A stretch of DNA of 64,000 nt from Alphaproteobacteria bacterium (GCA_965220745.1 CBDCQT010000005.1:394938-458937), one strand, 5' to 3'. Numbered from the stretch's first letter, positions 13,881-27,848 are shown. The notes: generated by a model from the letters alone, not told the origin. Numbers and translations: made by a program.

Positions 13881-14497
13881 AGGTCGACGTCATCGACTTC
13901 AAGGCCAAGCGCGTCGGCGAGATCGAGCTCGCGGACGAGGTGTTCGGCGTGCCCGTGCGGCCCGACCTGATGCAACGCACCGTGCGCTGGCAGCTCGCCA
14001 AGCGCCGCGCTGGCACGCACAAGACCAAGTCGGTGGCGGAGATCCGCGGGTCGACGCGCAAGCCCTTCAAGCAGAAGGGCACGGGCCGCGCCCGCGCGGG
14101 CTCTCGCCGCGCAGCGCACCATCGGGGCGGCGTGGCGATCTTCGGTCCCGTGCTGCGCGACCACGCCCACAAGCTGCCCAAGAAGGTGCGCAAGCTCGCG
14201 CTCAAGTCCGCGCTCTCCAGCAAGCGGGCGGACGGCAAGCTCTCGATCGTGGAATCCCTCGACCTCGGCTCGGCCAAGACCAGGGTGCTGGCCAATCGTA
14301 TCGCGCGCCTCGGCTGGTCGTCTGCGCTGGTTATCGACGGCGACGAGATCGATGCCGGCTTCGCCCAGGCGGCCCGCAATCTGACCGGAATTCAGGTGCT
14401 CCCGCAGCTGGGCGCCAACGTCTACGACATCCTCCGCCGCGACCACCTGGTGCTGACCCGGAGCGCGGTGGAAAGCCTGCAAGCGAGGCTCGCATGA
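13877..14497 (+). CDS. rplD: 50S ribosomal protein L4
   Basis: [23 protein letters not shown]; operon position. Confidence 0.98.
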   Translation: MKVDVIDFKAKRVGEIELADEVFGVPVRPDLMQRTVRWQLAKRRAGTHKTKSVAEIRGSTRKPFKQKGTGRARAGSRRAAHHRGGVAIFGPVLRDHAHKLPKKVRKLALKSALSSKRADGKLSIVESLDLGSAKTRVLANRIARLGWSSALVIDGDEIDAGFAQAARNLTGIQVLPQLGANVYDILRRDHLVLTRSAVESLQARLA

Positions 14498-14799
14498 GCG
14501 TCGAGCCCAAAGAGCACTGGTACGACACGATTCTCGGTCCAGTCGTGACCGAGAAGTCGACTCAGGGCTCGATGTACAACCAGGTCACCTTCAAGGTGCG
14601 CACCGACGCGACCAAGCCTCAGATCAAGGAAGCCGTGGAAGGGCTGTTCGAGGTCAAGGTGAGGAAGGTCAACACCAGCATGGTCAAGGGCAAGGTCAAG
14701 CGCGGCCCTCGCGGCCGGCTGGGCAAGCGTTCGGATTGGAAGAAGGCGACGGTTTCGCTCGGCGAAGGCGATACCATCGACGTGATGACCGGGCTCTAG
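14494..14799 (+). CDS. rplW: 50S ribosomal protein L23
   Basis: [25 protein letters not shown]; ATGA overlap with rplD. Confidence 0.97.
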   Translation: MSVEPKEHWYDTILGPVVTEKSTQGSMYNQVTFKVRTDATKPQIKEAVEGLFEVKVRKVNTSMVKGKVKRGPRGRLGKRSDWKKATVSLGEGDTIDVMTGL

Positions 14800-14802
14800 G
14801 CG

Positions 14803-15630
14803 ATGGCACTCAAGAACTACAAGCCGACCACGCCGGGGCGCCGCCAGCTCATTCTGGTGGACCGCTCCGACCTCTGGAAGGGGAAGCCGGTCAAGAAGCT
14901 GACCGAAGGATTGAGCCAGAAGGGCGGGCGCAACAGCGACGGCCGCATCACCATGCGCCATCGCGGGGGCGGGCATAAGCGCCGCTACCGCAAGATCGAC
15001 TTCAAGCGGCGCAAATTCGATGTGCCGGCGACCGTGGAGCGGCTCGAGTACGACCCCAACCGCTCGGCCTTCATCGCGCTGATCCGCTACGAAGACGGCG
15101 AACAGGCCTACATCCTCGCCCCGCAGCGGGTCTCACCGGGCGACAAGGTGGTTTCCGGCGACCGCTGCGACATCAAGCCCGGCAACGCGATGCCGATGAG
15201 CAACATTCCCGTCGGCACGATCATCCACAATGTCGAGATGAAGCCGGGGAAGGGCGGCCAGATCGCGCGCTCCGCCGGCAACTACGTGCAGCTGGTCGGC
15301 AAGGATCAGGGCTACGCTCAGCTCAGACTGCCGTCGGGCGAGCAGCGTATCGTCCATGGCCGATGTATGGCCACCATCGGCGCAGTCTCCAACCCGGACA
15401 ATCAGAACACCAACCAGGGCAAAGCCGGCCGCATGCGCTGGCAAGGCCGGCGCCCCAAGGTGCGCGGCGTCGCCATGAACCCGGTGGACCATCCCCACGG
15501 CGGCGGCGAGGGCAAGTCCTCCGGCGGGCGGCATCCGGTCACTCCCTGGGGCGTGCCCACCAAGGGCAAGCGCACGCGCAGCAACAAGAGAACCGACCGC
15601 TTCATCATGCGGCGTCGGGGCAAGAAGTAG
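14803..15630 (+). CDS. rplB: 50S ribosomal protein L2
   Basis: [25 protein letters not shown]. Confidence 0.99.
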   Translation: MALKNYKPTTPGRRQLILVDRSDLWKGKPVKKLTEGLSQKGGRNSDGRITMRHRGGGHKRRYRKIDFKRRKFDVPATVERLEYDPNRSAFIALIRYEDGEQAYILAPQRVSPGDKVVSGDRCDIKPGNAMPMSNIPVGTIIHNVEMKPGKGGQIARSAGNYVQLVGKDQGYAQLRLPSGEQRIVHGRCMATIGAVSNPDNQNTNQGKAGRMRWQGRRPKVRGVAMNPVDHPHGGGEGKSSGGRHPVTPWGVPTKGKRTRSNKRTDRFIMRRRGKK

Positions 15631-15645
15631 GGCAGGGGACAGTCT

Positions 15646-15924
15646 ATGGCGCGTTCCGTATGGAAAGGCCCCTTCGTCGACGGCTATCTTCTCAAGAAGG
15701 CCGAAGAGGCGCGGGCGACAGGCCGCAAGGACATCATCCGCACCTGGTCGCGGCGCTCGACCATCCTGCCGCAGTTCGTGGGCCTCACCTTCGGCGTCTA
15801 CAACGGGCGCAAATTCCTGCCCGTGCTGGTCAACGAGAACATGGTCGGCCACAAGTTCGGCGAGTTCTCGCCGACGCGGGTCTTCCACGGTCATGCCGGC
15901 GACAAGAGGGCACGGCGGGGCTGA
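15646..15924 (+). CDS. rpsS: 30S ribosomal protein S19
   Basis: [29 protein letters not shown]. Confidence 0.99.
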   Translation: MARSVWKGPFVDGYLLKKAEEARATGRKDIIRTWSRRSTILPQFVGLTFGVYNGRKFLPVLVNENMVGHKFGEFSPTRVFHGHAGDKRARRG

Positions 15925-15926
15925 TC

Positions 15927-16307
15927 ATGGGCAAGACCGCACGATCCCGGCGGCTCGGTGAGACCGAAGCCCAGGCGGTGATCCGGAACCTCCGGATCAG
16001 CCCGCAGAAGCTCGGCCTTGTCACCGAGACCATCCGCGGGCGTCCGGTGGGCGAGGCGCTGATCACGCTGGCGCATTCGCGCCGCCGCATCGCCGGCGAC
16101 GTGCGCAAGTGCCTGCAGTCGGCGATCGCGAACGCGGAAAACAATCACGAGCTGGATGTGGACCGGCTCGTGGTCGCCGAAGCGACGGTCGGCAAGGGTT
16201 TGGTGATGAAGCGCTGGCGGCCCCGTGCACGCGGCCGGGTCGGGCGCGTGATGAAGCCGTTCAGCCATCTCACCATCGTGGTGCGCGAACGCGCCAAGGG
16301 GGCCTGA
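15927..16307 (+). CDS. rplV: 50S ribosomal protein L22
   Basis: [23 protein letters not shown]. Confidence 0.97.
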   Translation: MGKTARSRRLGETEAQAVIRNLRISPQKLGLVTETIRGRPVGEALITLAHSRRRIAGDVRKCLQSAIANAENNHELDVDRLVVAEATVGKGLVMKRWRPRARGRVGRVMKPFSHLTIVVRERAKGA

Positions 16308-16984
16308 TGGGTCAGAAGGTCAATCCCGTCGGGCTGCGTCTCGGCATCAACCGTACCTGGGATTCGCGCTGGTATGCCGACGACGACTATGCCCAGCTAC
16401 TGCACGAGGACCTGCAGATCCGCAATTTCCTGTTCGATCGGCTGAACCAGGCGGGTATCGGGCGTATCGTCATCGAGCGCCCCGCCAAGAAGGCACGGAT
16501 CACCATCCATACAGCCCGGCCGGGCGTCGTGATCGGCAAGAAGGGTGCTGACATCGAGCGGCTGCGTACCGACATCACCAAGATGACGGGAAGCGACGTT
16601 CATCTGAACATCGTCGAGATCCGCAAGCCCGAGATTGAGGCCAAGCTGGTGGCCGAGAACATCGCCCAGCAGCTCGTGCGACGCGTGGCGTTCCGACGGG
16701 CCATGAAACGGGCGGTGCAGTCCGCGATCAGGCTCGGCGCGCAGGGCATCCGCATCAACTGCGGCGGCAGGCTGGGCGGGGCCGAGATTGCGCGGACCGA
16801 GTGGTACCGCGAGGGCCGCGTGCCGCTCCACACGCTCCGGGCCGATGTGGACTTCGGGCTCGCCACGGCGCGCACGGCCTACGGCACTTGCGGTGTCAAA
16901 GTCTGGGTGTTCAAGGGCGAGATCATGGCGCACGACCCCATGGCGCAGGACAAGCGCGCCATGGAGCAGGCCACGCCCCGCTAG
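16307..16984 (+). CDS. rpsC: 30S ribosomal protein S3
   Basis: [34 protein letters not shown]. Confidence 0.98.
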   Translation: MGQKVNPVGLRLGINRTWDSRWYADDDYAQLLHEDLQIRNFLFDRLNQAGIGRIVIERPAKKARITIHTARPGVVIGKKGADIERLRTDITKMTGSDVHLNIVEIRKPEIEAKLVAENIAQQLVRRVAFRRAMKRAVQSAIRLGAQGIRINCGGRLGGAEIARTEWYREGRVPLHTLRADVDFGLATARTAYGTCGVKVWVFKGEIMAHDPMAQDKRAMEQATPR

Positions 16985-17011
16985 GGCCGGACGGGGACCG
17001 GGGACCGGATC

Positions 17012-17434
17012 ATGCAGCAGCCGAAATCCACCAAGTACCGCAAGGCCCACAAGGGCCGCATCCACGGCAAGGCCAAGGGTGGCTCGCAGCTCAATTTCGG
17101 CGCCTACGGGCTCAAGGCGATCACGCCCGGCCGCATCACGGCACGCGAGATCGAGGCCGGCCGGCGCACCATCACGAGGCACATGAAACGTGCCGGCAAG
17201 ATCTGGATCCGCATCTTCCCGGACGTGCCGGTCTCGACCAAGCCCGCCGAGGTGCGCATGGGCAAGGGCAAGGGCACGCCGGAATACTGGGTCGCCAAGG
17301 TGAAGCCCGGGCGCATCATGTTCGAGGTGGACGGCGTGCCGCGCGCGGTGGCGGAAGAGGCGTTCCGCCGTGCGTCCGCGAAGTTCAGGGTGCAGACCAG
17401 GGTCGTGACCCGGCTCGGCGAAGGGGCGTCCTGA
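17012..17434 (+). CDS. rplP: 50S ribosomal protein L16
   Basis: [16 protein letters not shown]. Confidence 0.98.
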   Translation: MQQPKSTKYRKAHKGRIHGKAKGGSQLNFGAYGLKAITPGRITAREIEAGRRTITRHMKRAGKIWIRIFPDVPVSTKPAEVRMGKGKGTPEYWVAKVKPGRIMFEVDGVPRAVAEEAFRRASAKFRVQTRVVTRLGEGAS

Positions 17435-17640
17435 TGAACGGTGTCGAAGTCCGCCTCAAGACCGACGACGAGCTCAAGACGATGCTGCTCGCGTTGAAGA
17501 AGGAGGCGTTCAACCTGCGCTTTCAGCGGGCCTCCGGCCAGCTCGAGAACACCGCGCGCATGCGCGCCGTGAGGCGCGACGTGGCTCGCATCAAGACGAT
17601 CGTTGCCGAGCGCAAGCGCGCTGCCGGCGGCGAAGCCTGA
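17434..17640 (+). CDS. rpmC: 50S ribosomal protein L29
   Basis: [27 protein letters not shown]. Confidence 0.96.
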   Translation: MNGVEVRLKTDDELKTMLLALKKEAFNLRFQRASGQLENTARMRAVRRDVARIKTIVAERKRAAGGEA

Positions 17641-17671
17641 GGATCTGGGAGATGGGTGAAGGAGAGCTGGC

Positions 17672-17920
17672 ATGCCGCGCCGTGTAATGCGGGGAACCGT
17701 GGTCGGCGACAAGGCGGACAAGACCGTCGTCGTCCGCGTCGACCGCCGCGTCATGCATCCGCTCTACAAGAAGGTCGTACGCCGCTCCAAGCGCTACACC
17801 GCGCATGACGACGGCAACAGTCACAAGGTCGGCGACATCGTGCAAATTCGCGAGTGCGCCCCCATCTCCAAGCGCAAGCGCTGGATCGTGCTCGACGATG
17901 CCGGCGCCGAGCAGGGCTGA
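17672..17920 (+). CDS. rpsQ: 30S ribosomal protein S17
   Basis: [23 protein letters not shown]. Confidence 0.98.
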   Translation: MPRRVMRGTVVGDKADKTVVVRVDRRVMHPLYKKVVRRSKRYTAHDDGNSHKVGDIVQIRECAPISKRKRWIVLDDAGAEQG

Positions 17921-17953
17921 ACGGCGCGGTAGAGAGCGGAAGGGTCGAGTGAC

Positions 17954-18322
17954 ATGATTCAGATGCAGACGAATCTGGATGTCGCCGACAATTCCGGTGC
18001 GAGACGCGTGCAGTGCGTGAAGGTGCTGGGCGGGTCGAAGCGCAAGACCGCGTCGGTGGGCGATACGATCGTGGTTACGGTCAAGGAAGCGATTCCGCGC
18101 GGCAAGGTGCGCAAGGGCGAGCTTCACCGCGCCGTCATCGTGCGCACCGCCAAGGAAATCAGGCGCCCGGACGGCAGCGCGATCCGCTTCGACCGCAATG
18201 CGGCCGTCCTCATCACCGCCCAGGGGGAGCCGATCGGCACCCGCATCTTTGGGCCGGTGACCCGCGAGCTCCGTCAGCGCCGGTACATGAAGATCATCTC
18301 ACTCGCGCCCGAAGTGCTGTAG
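17954..18322 (+). CDS. rplN: 50S ribosomal protein L14
   Basis: [32 protein letters not shown]. Confidence 0.99.
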   Translation: MIQMQTNLDVADNSGARRVQCVKVLGGSKRKTASVGDTIVVTVKEAIPRGKVRKGELHRAVIVRTAKEIRRPDGSAIRFDRNAAVLITAQGEPIGTRIFGPVTRELRQRRYMKIISLAPEVL

Positions 18323-18328
18323 GCCGCC

Positions 18329-18652
18329 ATGCGCAAGCGAAAGATACGCAAGGATGACGAGGTCATCGTCCTGACCGGGCGAGACAAGGGCAAGCGCGGC
18401 GCCGTGCTTCGGATCATCACCAAGACCGACCGCGTTCTCGTCGAGGGCGTCAACGTGACCAAGCGCCACGTCAAGCCGACTCAGGGCGATCCGCAGGGCG
18501 GTATTGTCGAACGCGAGGCGCCGATCCATATATCGAACGTGGCGCTGGTCGATCCCGAGAGCGATCGGCCGACCCGGGCGCGCTACAAGAATCTCGAGGA
18601 CGGGCGCAAGGTGCGCGTCGCCGCCCGCTCGGGGGAAGTGATCGATGTCTGA
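18329..18652 (+). CDS. rplX: 50S ribosomal protein L24
   Basis: KOW motif [17 protein letters not shown]. Confidence 0.98.
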   Translation: MRKRKIRKDDEVIVLTGRDKGKRGAVLRIITKTDRVLVEGVNVTKRHVKPTQGDPQGGIVEREAPIHISNVALVDPESDRPTRARYKNLEDGRKVRVAARSGEVIDV

Positions 18653-19241
18653 AGCGAACGGCCAGAACGGCGGCCAGGTGAACGGCGAGGCGAAGGGCCC
18701 GAGCCGGCTGAAATTGCTCTACGAGAGCGAGATCAGGCCCGGTCTGATGCAGCAGTTCGGCTACACCAACATCATGCAGGCGCCGAAGCTGGACAAGATC
18801 GTGATCAATATGGGCGTCGGCGAAGGGGCCACGGACAACAAGAAGATCGATGCCGCGGTTCAGGACATGACGCTGATCGCGGGCCAGAAGCCGATCGTCA
18901 CCAGGGCGCGCAAGTCGGTCGCCGCATTCAAGGTGCGCACCGGGATGCAGGTCGGCTGCAAGACCACGCTCCGACGGGAGCGGATGTACGAGTTCCTCGA
19001 CCGGCTGGTGACGATTGCGCTGCCGCGGGTGCGCGACTTTCGCGGCCTGTCGGCCCGCGCCTTCGACGGCCGGGGCAACTACGCATTAGGCCTCAAGGAG
19101 CAGATCATCTTTCCCGAGATCGACTACGACAAGGTCGATCAGGTGCGTGGGTTGAATGTCGTCATTTGCACGACGGCGAGGACCGATGACGAGGGCCGGG
19201 CGCTACTCGCCGGCTTTCAGATGCCGTTCGTCGGCCAGTAA
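18645..19241 (+). CDS. rplE: 50S ribosomal protein L5
   Basis: [30 protein letters not shown]. Confidence 0.98.
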   Translation: MSEANGQNGGQVNGEAKGPSRLKLLYESEIRPGLMQQFGYTNIMQAPKLDKIVINMGVGEGATDNKKIDAAVQDMTLIAGQKPIVTRARKSVAAFKVRTGMQVGCKTTLRRERMYEFLDRLVTIALPRVRDFRGLSARAFDGRGNYALGLKEQIIFPEIDYDKVDQVRGLNVVICTTARTDDEGRALLAGFQMPFVGQ

Positions 19242-19263
19242 GGGCAGAGGGCCAGGCTGAGAG

Positions 19264-19569
19264 ATGGCGAAAAAGAGCACGATCGAGAAGAACAAGCGGC
19301 GCCAGCGGATGGCGAAGCGGGATGCGGCCAAGCGGGCGGATCTGCGCGCCATCGTGCGCGACCGTTCGCTGCCGGCGGAAGAGCGCTTCGCGGCGCAGCT
19401 CAAGCTCGCAAAGCTGCCGCGCAACGGCGCGCAGGTGCGGGTGCGGAACCGCTGCGGGCTGACCGGCCGGCCGCGCGGCAACTACCGCAAGTTCGGGCTC
19501 TCGCGCATCGCTCTGAGGGAACTCGCCTCGGCGGGCCAGGTGCCCGGCATGGTCAAATCGAGCTGGTGA
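19264..19569 (+). CDS. rpsN: 30S ribosomal protein S14 (long, zinc-independent form)
   Basis: [20 protein letters not shown]. Confidence 0.98.
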   Translation: MAKKSTIEKNKRRQRMAKRDAAKRADLRAIVRDRSLPAEERFAAQLKLAKLPRNGAQVRVRNRCGLTGRPRGNYRKFGLSRIALRELASAGQVPGMVKSSW

Positions 19570-19579
19570 GGCGCAGGCC

Positions 19580-19975
19580 ATGATGACCGACCCCCTGGCG
19601 GACATGCTGACCCGTATTCGGAACGGGCAGCAGGCACGCAAGTCCGCTGTTCTGTCGCCGGCGTCCAAGCTGCGCGCTGGCGTGCTCGACGTGCTTCAGC
19701 GGGAAGGCTACATCCGCGGCTACTCGGCGGCGGAGTCGGACACCGGCAAGCCGGCGTTCTCGATCGAGCTCAAGTACCAGGAAGGCCGCCCGGTGATCGC
19801 CGAGCTCCATCGGGTGTCGAAGCCCGGACGGCGGGTCTATTCGGGCATCAAGGACCTGCCGCGATACTACGGCGGCCTCGGAATCTCCATTCTGTCGACG
19901 CCGCGCGGCGTGCTCTCGGACAACGAGGCGCGCCAGCAGAACGTCGGCGGCGAAGTGCTCTGCCGGGTGTTCTGA
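19580..19975 (+). CDS. rpsH: 30S ribosomal protein S8
   Basis: [26 protein letters not shown]. Confidence 0.99.
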   Translation: MMTDPLADMLTRIRNGQQARKSAVLSPASKLRAGVLDVLQREGYIRGYSAAESDTGKPAFSIELKYQEGRPVIAELHRVSKPGRRVYSGIKDLPRYYGGLGISILSTPRGVLSDNEARQQNVGGEVLCRVF

Positions 19976-19976
19976 G

Positions 19977-20510
19977 ATGTCCCGCGTCGGCAAGAATCCG
20001 GTTCCCGTACCCGACGGCGTCGAGGTGACGATCGACGGCACTGCGGTCGCAGTGAGCGGCAAGCTGGGCCGCCTCGAGGCCACCATCGCGTCCGAAGTGA
20101 GCGCCGTGCTCGAAGGCGGCCAGGTCTCGGTCACGCCGCGCGGGGACGACAAGCGCTCGCGTCAGTTGTGGGGGCTGACCCGGAGCATCATCAACAACAT
20201 GGTCGTTGGTGTGAGCCAGGGCTTCCACAGGGACCTGCAGATCGAGGGCGTCGGCTACCGGGCCGCGGTCGAAGGCCGCACTCTGACGCTCGATCTCGGC
20301 TACAGCCACCGGATCCGCTACCCCATTCCCGATGGCATCGAGATCGCGTGCGAGCGGCCGACGGCGATCAGGGTCGCCGGCTATGACCGCCAGGCGGTCG
20401 GCCAGGTCGCCGCCGAGATACGTGCCTTCCGCAAGCCCGAGCCATACAAGGGCAAGGGTATCCGCTATGTCGGCGAGTACGTCCGACGCAAGGAGGGCAA
20501 GAAGAAGTAA
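19977..20510 (+). CDS. rplF: 50S ribosomal protein L6
   Basis: [23 protein letters not shown]. Confidence 0.99.
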   Translation: MSRVGKNPVPVPDGVEVTIDGTAVAVSGKLGRLEATIASEVSAVLEGGQVSVTPRGDDKRSRQLWGLTRSIINNMVVGVSQGFHRDLQIEGVGYRAAVEGRTLTLDLGYSHRIRYPIPDGIEIACERPTAIRVAGYDRQAVGQVAAEIRAFRKPEPYKGKGIRYVGEYVRRKEGKKK

Positions 20511-20512
20511 CC

Positions 20513-20863
20513 ATGAGCAGGACCGACTTCGATAAGCGCAAGCAACGGGTGCGGTTCAGGCTGCAGGCAGCCGCCGGCGGCAGGCCGCGACTCTCGGTCT
20601 TCCGCTCCAACCGCCACATTTACGCCCAACTCATCGACGATGGAGAGGGCAGGACCGTGGCTGCCGCATCGACGATGGAAGGTGCGCTGCGCAGCCAGAA
20701 TGGGGCGGACCGCGAGGCCGCGGGCCGTGTCGGCGCACTCATTGCCGAGCGTGCGCTGGCGGCCGGGCACAAGGAGGTCGTGTTCGACCGTGGCGGATAC
20801 CAGTATCACGGGCGCGTGAAAGCGCTCGCCGAGGCGGCCCGCGAAGGCGGCCTCTCTTTCTAG
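20513..20863 (+). CDS. rplR: 50S ribosomal protein L18
   Basis: [26 protein letters not shown]. Confidence 0.98.
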   Translation: MSRTDFDKRKQRVRFRLQAAAGGRPRLSVFRSNRHIYAQLIDDGEGRTVAAASTMEGALRSQNGADREAAGRVGALIAERALAAGHKEVVFDRGGYQYHGRVKALAEAAREGGLSF

Positions 20864-20878
20864 GAGGAAGGGCCCGGT

Positions 20879-21463
20879 ATGGCACGACCAGGCATGGAGC
20901 GGGATCGAGATCGGGATCGCGGCGGTCGCGGACGTGACCGCGAAGAGCCCGAGCTTCTGGACAAGCTGGTCAGCATCAACCGCGTCGCCAAGGTGGTGAA
21001 GGGCGGCCGGCGCTTCGGCTTCTCGGCGCTCGTCGTGGTCGGCGACCAGCGCGGGCGCGTCGGCGGCGGCTCGGGCAAGGCGCGGGAAGTGCCGGAGGCC
21101 ATCCGCAAGGCCACCGAGCAGGCCCGGCGCCGCATGGTCCGCGTGCCGCTTCGCGAGGGGCGCACACTTCATCACGACGTTCAGGGCCGCTTCGGCGCGG
21201 GCAAGGTGATCATCCGCGCAGCGCCACCCGGCACCGGCATCATCGCTGGCGGGCCGATGCGCGCCGTGTTCGAGATGCTGGGCGTGAAAGACGTGGTCGC
21301 CAAGTCGGTGGGCACGTCGAACCCGCAGAACATGGTCAAGGCGACCTTCGATGCGCTCGGGCGCTGTCACTCTCCGCGCGCCGTGGCCGCCAAGCGCAAC
21401 CGCACGGTGGGCCAGATCTTCGGCCAGAGCGACTCCGCCAAGGAGCAGAGGGAGCAGGCGTAG
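20879..21463 (+). CDS. rpsE: 30S ribosomal protein S5
   Basis: [22 protein letters not shown]. Confidence 0.99.
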   Translation: MARPGMERDRDRDRGGRGRDREEPELLDKLVSINRVAKVVKGGRRFGFSALVVVGDQRGRVGGGSGKAREVPEAIRKATEQARRRMVRVPLREGRTLHHDVQGRFGAGKVIIRAAPPGTGIIAGGPMRAVFEMLGVKDVVAKSVGTSNPQNMVKATFDALGRCHSPRAVAAKRNRTVGQIFGQSDSAKEQREQA

Positions 21464-21466
21464 GCC

Positions 21467-21688
21467 ATGGTACGGAGCAAGAAGGCCGCGGCGGCGCCCA
21501 AGGTGCGGGTGACCCAGATCGGCAGCCCTATCGGCCGGCCGGCGAACCAGCGCGCCACCCTGGTGGGCCTCGGCCTGAACAAGATGCACCGGAGCCGCGT
21601 GCTCGAGGACACGCCCTCGGTGCGCGGCATGATCGACAAGATTCCGCACCTCGTGCGGGCCGAGCCGGTGGACGCGGAGGCTGAGTGA
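21467..21688 (+). CDS. rpmD: 50S ribosomal protein L30
   Basis: [19 protein letters not shown]. Confidence 0.96.
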   Translation: MVRSKKAAAAPKVRVTQIGSPIGRPANQRATLVGLGLNKMHRSRVLEDTPSVRGMIDKIPHLVRAEPVDAEAE

Positions 21689-22191
21689 TGAGGCTGAACG
21701 AACTCGCTGACCGCGCCGGCGCGTCCAAGAAGGGGCGCAGGCTCGGGCGGGGCATCGGCTCAGGCCGCGGCAAGACCTCGGGACGCGGCCACAAGGGCCA
21801 GAAGTCGCGGGCCGGCGTTGCCCTCAAGGGCTTCGAGGGCGGCCAGATGCCGCTCTATCGGCGCCTGCCCAAGCGGGGCTTCACCAACGCCCGCTTCCGC
21901 AAGACCTTCGAGACCGTCAACATCGGGCGCTTGCAGGAGGCGATCGAGAGCGGGCGGATCGACGCGGGCGCTCCCGTGACCGAGGCCGCACTGGCTGCGG
22001 CCGGGCTCACGCGCGGGCGGCACGGCGTGCGTCTGCTCGCCAAGGGCCGGATCGAGAGCGCCGTCACCGTAGAGGTCACGGGCGCGTCGAAGGCGGCCAT
22101 CGCCGCGGTCGGGGCGGCCGGCGGCTCGGTGACCCTGAGCGGGGCGGTTGAGGCCGAGAAAGCGGCCGAGGAAACGGCAGAGGACGCCTAA
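21688..22191 (+). CDS. rplO: 50S ribosomal protein L15
   Basis: [36 protein letters not shown]. Confidence 0.98.
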   Translation: MRLNELADRAGASKKGRRLGRGIGSGRGKTSGRGHKGQKSRAGVALKGFEGGQMPLYRRLPKRGFTNARFRKTFETVNIGRLQEAIESGRIDAGAPVTEAALAAAGLTRGRHGVRLLAKGRIESAVTVEVTGASKAAIAAVGAAGGSVTLSGAVEAEKAAEETAEDA

Positions 22192-22196
22192 CGAAC

Positions 22197-23536
<1,340 letters not shown>

Positions 23537-23540
<4 letters not shown>

Positions 23541-24184
23541 ACCTGATCCTTCTCGGCCCACCGGGGGCGGGCAAGGGCACGCAGGCGCAGCGGCTGGTCG
23601 AGCGTTTCGGCATTGTCCAGCTTTCCACGGGCGACATGCTGCGGGCGGCGGTGAAAGCCGGCACGGCGCTCGGAACCCAGGCCAAGGTGATCATGGAGGC
23701 AGGCGAGCTGGTGCCGGACGCGCTCATGGTCGCCCTGATTGCGGAGCGCATCGATGAGCCGGACTGCGCCAACGGCTTCATCCTCGACGGGTTCCCGCGC
23801 ACGGTGGCGCAGGCCGACGCGCTGGATCGCATGCTGGCCGAGCGAGAGCTCGCGCTCGACAGAGTGGTCGCCATGGAGGTCGACGAGGAGGCGCTGATCG
23901 AGCGTATCGTCGGCCGCTTCTCCTGCGCCGACTGCGGCGCCGGCTACCACGACCAGTTCAAACGGCCGAGGCAAGAGGGCGTCTGCGACCACTGCGGCAG
24001 CAGAAATTTCACGCGCCGGGCGGACGACAACCGCGAGACCATGATCGCGCGCCTTGCCGCCTACCACGAGCAGACGGCGCCGATCATCCCGCACTACGAG
24101 GCCGGCGGCCGCTTCGCCCGGGTCGATGGCTCCGGCGGAATAGACACCATCACGGCGGCCATCGTCGCCGCTCTTCAGGACTGA
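23537..24184 (+). CDS. adk: Adenylate kinase (4-Cys LID)
   Basis: TTG start overlapping secY stop; GPPGAGKGTQ, STGDMLR, LDGFPRT, CADC...CDHC. Confidence 0.97.
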
Positions 24185-24227
24185 GGCGCAGCGCGGGCCG
24201 CCGCCCGCGCCCGGCGCTGCCGTTGCC

Positions 24228-24914
24228 ATGCCCCGCAAGAGACTGACGCATTTGAAAGCGCGGCGCGCGATCATCGACGCCGCCCTCAAGACCGACAAAA
24301 TTGGCCTCAATCACGGGACCGCGGGCAACATCGGATTCCGGGTGGGCGAGAGGTTCCTGGTTACGCCCTCCGGCCTCTATTACGACACGATGACGCCCGC
24401 CGACATCGTCGAGATGGATTTCGGCGGCCGCCAGTGGGGTGCGCGAATCCCCACCAGCGAATGGCGCTTCCACCGCGATATCTTCGCCTCGCGGCCGGAT
24501 GTAAACGCGATCCTTCACAGTCATTCGGTTCATTGCACCGCGCTCGCCGTGCACGGCATGGAGATTCCGGCTGTTCACTACATGGTAGGAACCGCGGGAG
24601 GCACAACCATCCGCTGCGCGCCCTACCGCACGCCCACGACCCAGGCGCTCTCCGACGTCGCCGTCGAGGCGCTCAAGGATCGGCGCGCCTGCCTGCTACA
24701 AAATCACGGCGCCATCGTCCTGGGTGAGACGCCGGATGACTGCGTCAACCTGCTCGTCGAGGTCGAGTATCTGGCGGAGCTCTACTGCCGCACGCTGGCC
24801 ATCGGCGCTGCCACTGGCAATGACCCGAAGATCATCTCACAGCGCAAGATGGCCGAGGTGCTGGAAATGTTGAAGACCTACGGCCAGCAGCCGGACCCCG
24901 ACAGCGCGGGGTAG
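24228..24914 (+). CDS. Class II aldolase/adducin-family protein (FucA/Ald2-like)
   Basis: GTAGN, VTPSG, PTSEWRFH, metal-binding HSH and NHG. Confidence 0.88.
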   Translation: MPRKRLTHLKARRAIIDAALKTDKIGLNHGTAGNIGFRVGERFLVTPSGLYYDTMTPADIVEMDFGGRQWGARIPTSEWRFHRDIFASRPDVNAILHSHSVHCTALAVHGMEIPAVHYMVGTAGGTTIRCAPYRTPTTQALSDVAVEALKDRRACLLQNHGAIVLGETPDDCVNLLVEVEYLAELYCRTLAIGAATGNDPKIISQRKMAEVLEMLKTYGQQPDPDSAG

Positions 24915-24993
24915 GGGGCGAAGGCCCAACCGACGGCGCCCGCCCGTCACCGCCGATCAGACCGTTTGCCCACCGTCCTGCCGCGAGGGAGTC

Positions 24994-25431
24994 ATGGACC
25001 ACGAGACTGACACGCACGGGATTCCGCTCACCGCGCTCCGGCAGGACTACGCCTTCAAGGCGGTCGATGACTACAACGTCCGCATGTACATCCTGCCGCA
25101 CCTAGTCGATCCGGAAAGCCGCGCCAGGATCATCGCCGAGCACAAGGCCGACCCGCTCTACAGCCCGACCCGGCCGGGGGAGCCCGCGCCAGTCTACAGC
25201 CAGGTCCTGGTCCGCCTGATCGACAAGCTCCGCGTGGTGCCGACCGCGGGCAAGCACATCATCGTCGAGACCGAGCCCGGCAGCGAGTACACCATCGCGC
25301 TGCTGCCGGCGTCGCGCGGCGAGACCGTCGTGCTCACCGAGGAGACCTACGCGACCAGGGGCGAGGCCGACCACGCGATCTTCCTCAAGCGGCTGAAGGC
25401 GCTCCTCGTTTCCTACGGCATCGAGATGTAG
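24994..25431 (+). CDS. dmfA1: N,N-dimethylformamidase small subunit-like protein
   Basis: IIAEH..DP, LR..P..GK, Y.IA.L, EADHAIFLKRL pattern as in the DMFase small subunit; 12 nt upstream of the large subunit. Confidence 0.8.
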   Translation: MDHETDTHGIPLTALRQDYAFKAVDDYNVRMYILPHLVDPESRARIIAEHKADPLYSPTRPGEPAPVYSQVLVRLIDKLRVVPTAGKHIIVETEPGSEYTIALLPASRGETVVLTEETYATRGEADHAIFLKRLKALLVSYGIEM

Positions 25432-25443
25432 GGGCGCGATCCG

Positions 25444-27837
25444 ATGAGCGACAAGCAGGACCGCATGCTCCGCATCACCGGCTACTCGGACCGCCTCTCG
25501 GTCCGGCCGGGCGAGGTGATTACCTTCTACGTCCATTCCGAGGAGAACGAGGCCTACGAGGCGCAGATCGTGCGCCTGATTCACGGTGACACGAGCCCCG
25601 AAGGCCCCGGCTTCAAGGAAGAGCCGGTGGAGGCGGCTGTGAACGGCGCGTATCCCGGCGCCCATCAGCGGATCGACGCCGGCAGCTACATCGTCGTGCC
25701 GCACGACGCGCGGCTCGCGGTCGAGAGCTTCACCCTCTGCGCCTACGTCTACCCCACGCTGCCGGCGCTCGGGATGCAGGGCCTGCTCACCAAGTGGAAC
25801 GAGGCGGACGGCACGGGCTTCGGCCTCTTCATCGACGAAAACGCCACGCTCTGCCTGCGGATCGGCCGGGGCGCCGGCGCCGAGGAGCGGGTCTCTAGCG
25901 GGCGCCCGCTCTTCCGCAACGTCTGGTACCAGGTGAGCGCCGCCTACGATGCGGAGAGCGGGCGGGTCCGGCTGGTCCAGCGGCCTTGGGTGACGCAGGC
26001 CAACGGCGGCTTCGGCATGAGCCTGATTCACCCGCTGGAGGACACGGCGGCCGAGGTCGAAACACACGTCAAACCCGGCCCGCCGGCGCCCAACGCGTGC
26101 CCGTTCCTGATGGCCGCGAGCGTGGCCGAGCCGGCTTCGGGCCGCACCATCTTCGGTGCCCACTTCGCGGGGCTCGCCGAGCCCTGGCCGCTCCCGATCC
26201 ACACCCACAAGTTCAACGGCCGGCTGGATCGCCCCAAGCTCGCGAACCGGGCGCTGGCCCAGGCGGAGATCGACGCCCTCCTCGCCGGCCCCGGCATCGG
26301 CCATCTGCCGCTCGCCGCCCGCGACTCGGTTGTCGGCGCCTGGGATTTTAGCGCCAACATCCGCGACAACGCAGCCTCGACCGAAATCGTCGATACGGGC
26401 TCCTTCGCGCTGCACGGCCGCGGCGTCAACATGCCGGTGCGCGCCATGCCGGGGTTCAACTGGACCTCGGACTACATGAGCTACCGCCACGGGCGCGAGG
26501 AATACGGCGCCATCCATTTCCACGACGAATCCGTGGACGACGCACGCTGGGAGCCCGCCTTCACCTTCACGGTGCCGGACGACCTGAAGAGCGGCGTCTA
26601 CGCGGCGCGGCTGCGGATCGGCGGCGTCGAATCGCCCGAGACCGAGGACTATCTGCCCTTCTTCGTCCGCCCGCCGGCGAGCGGACCCACCGCGCGCATC
26701 GCGCTGGTGATGTCGACGGTGAGCTACCTCGCCTACGCCAACGACAATCTCGGCGTGACCTCCCCGGTGGCCCAGCTGCTCACCGCCCGCGCGCCGATGC
26801 TGCAGCCGAGCGACCTGCTGCTGAACAAGAAGGAGGGCTACGGCCTCGGCACCTATTCCACCTATCGGGACGGCTGGGGCGTCACCGACTCCTCGGCGCT
26901 TCGGCCGATCCTCAACATGCGACCCAAATACTCGCACCTCTTCTCACCCTCGGTCTGGCAGTTCAATGCCGACCTCCACCTGGTCGACTGGCTGGAGGCG
27001 ATGGGCTATGCGGTCGATATCCATACCGAGGAGGACGTGCATCGGGAGGGCGTCGGTCTGCTCAGCCAGTACCGCGTGGTGCTGACCGCCCACCATCCGG
27101 AATACGTCTCCGAGCAGATCATGGACGCCTACCAGGAATACCAGCTTCGGGGCGGGCGCTGGCTCTATCTCGCGGCCAACGGCTTCTACTGGGTGACCGA
27201 GTTCCACCCGGACAACCCGAACCTGGTCGAGGTGCGGAAGGGCGATCAGGGTTCCCGCGCCTGGACCGGCATGCCCGGCGAATACTGCAACGCCTTCGAC
27301 GGCAAGCACGGCGGTGCCTGGCGCATTCGCGGGCGGCCGATGGCGAACCTGCTGGGCGTGAGCTTCACCTCGTTCGGGCTGACGCAATCCTCCTATTACC
27401 GCCGCGCGCCGGACAGCGAGCGTGACGAGTGCGCCTGGATCTTCGAGGGCGTCGGCCGGGACGAGCCGATCGGAGATTTCGGCCTGATCGGCGGCGGTGC
27501 TGCGGGCCTGGAGCTCGACCGCGCCGATCTCGAGCTCGGCACGCCGCACCGCGCCTTCCTGCTGGCCCATTCGGAAGGCCATTCAGACATCTTCGTACCG
27601 GTGACCGAGGAGATCACCTACTCATCGCGCGGCCAGCTTCTCACCGGCACCGGCGAGACCAACCCGAAGATCCGCGCGGACATGGTCTACTTCAAGACGC
27701 CGCAGGAGGGCGCGGTCTTCTCGGTGGGCTCAATGGCCTGGTGCGGCTCGCTCTCCCACAACGGCTACGACAACAACGTCTCCCGCATCACCAGGAACGT
27801 GATCGATGGCTTCCTGCGCGCAGGCCCGCTGCCCTGA
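25444..27837 (+). CDS. dmfA2: N,N-dimethylformamidase large subunit family protein
   Basis: 797 aa; [11 protein letters not shown], LamG-like domain, [51 protein letters not shown]. Confidence 0.92.
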   Translation: MSDKQDRMLRITGYSDRLSVRPGEVITFYVHSEENEAYEAQIVRLIHGDTSPEGPGFKEEPVEAAVNGAYPGAHQRIDAGSYIVVPHDARLAVESFTLCAYVYPTLPALGMQGLLTKWNEADGTGFGLFIDENATLCLRIGRGAGAEERVSSGRPLFRNVWYQVSAAYDAESGRVRLVQRPWVTQANGGFGMSLIHPLEDTAAEVETHVKPGPPAPNACPFLMAASVAEPASGRTIFGAHFAGLAEPWPLPIHTHKFNGRLDRPKLANRALAQAEIDALLAGPGIGHLPLAARDSVVGAWDFSANIRDNAASTEIVDTGSFALHGRGVNMPVRAMPGFNWTSDYMSYRHGREEYGAIHFHDESVDDARWEPAFTFTVPDDLKSGVYAARLRIGGVESPETEDYLPFFVRPPASGPTARIALVMSTVSYLAYANDNLGVTSPVAQLLTARAPMLQPSDLLLNKKEGYGLGTYSTYRDGWGVTDSSALRPILNMRPKYSHLFSPSVWQFNADLHLVDWLEAMGYAVDIHTEEDVHREGVGLLSQYRVVLTAHHPEYVSEQIMDAYQEYQLRGGRWLYLAANGFYWVTEFHPDNPNLVEVRKGDQGSRAWTGMPGEYCNAFDGKHGGAWRIRGRPMANLLGVSFTSFGLTQSSYYRRAPDSERDECAWIFEGVGRDEPIGDFGLIGGGAAGLELDRADLELGTPHRAFLLAHSEGHSDIFVPVTEEITYSSRGQLLTGTGETNPKIRADMVYFKTPQEGAVFSVGSMAWCGSLSHNGYDNNVSRITRNVIDGFLRAGPLP

Positions 27838-27848
27838 TATCAACTCCA

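Noticed and set aside
19264-19569. Zinc-free S14 as a novelty
   Set aside because: The long single-Cys form is normal in Proteobacteria
23920-24000. Four-Cys LID in adenylate kinase
   Set aside because: Known metal-binding LID variant, also found in Alphaproteobacteria
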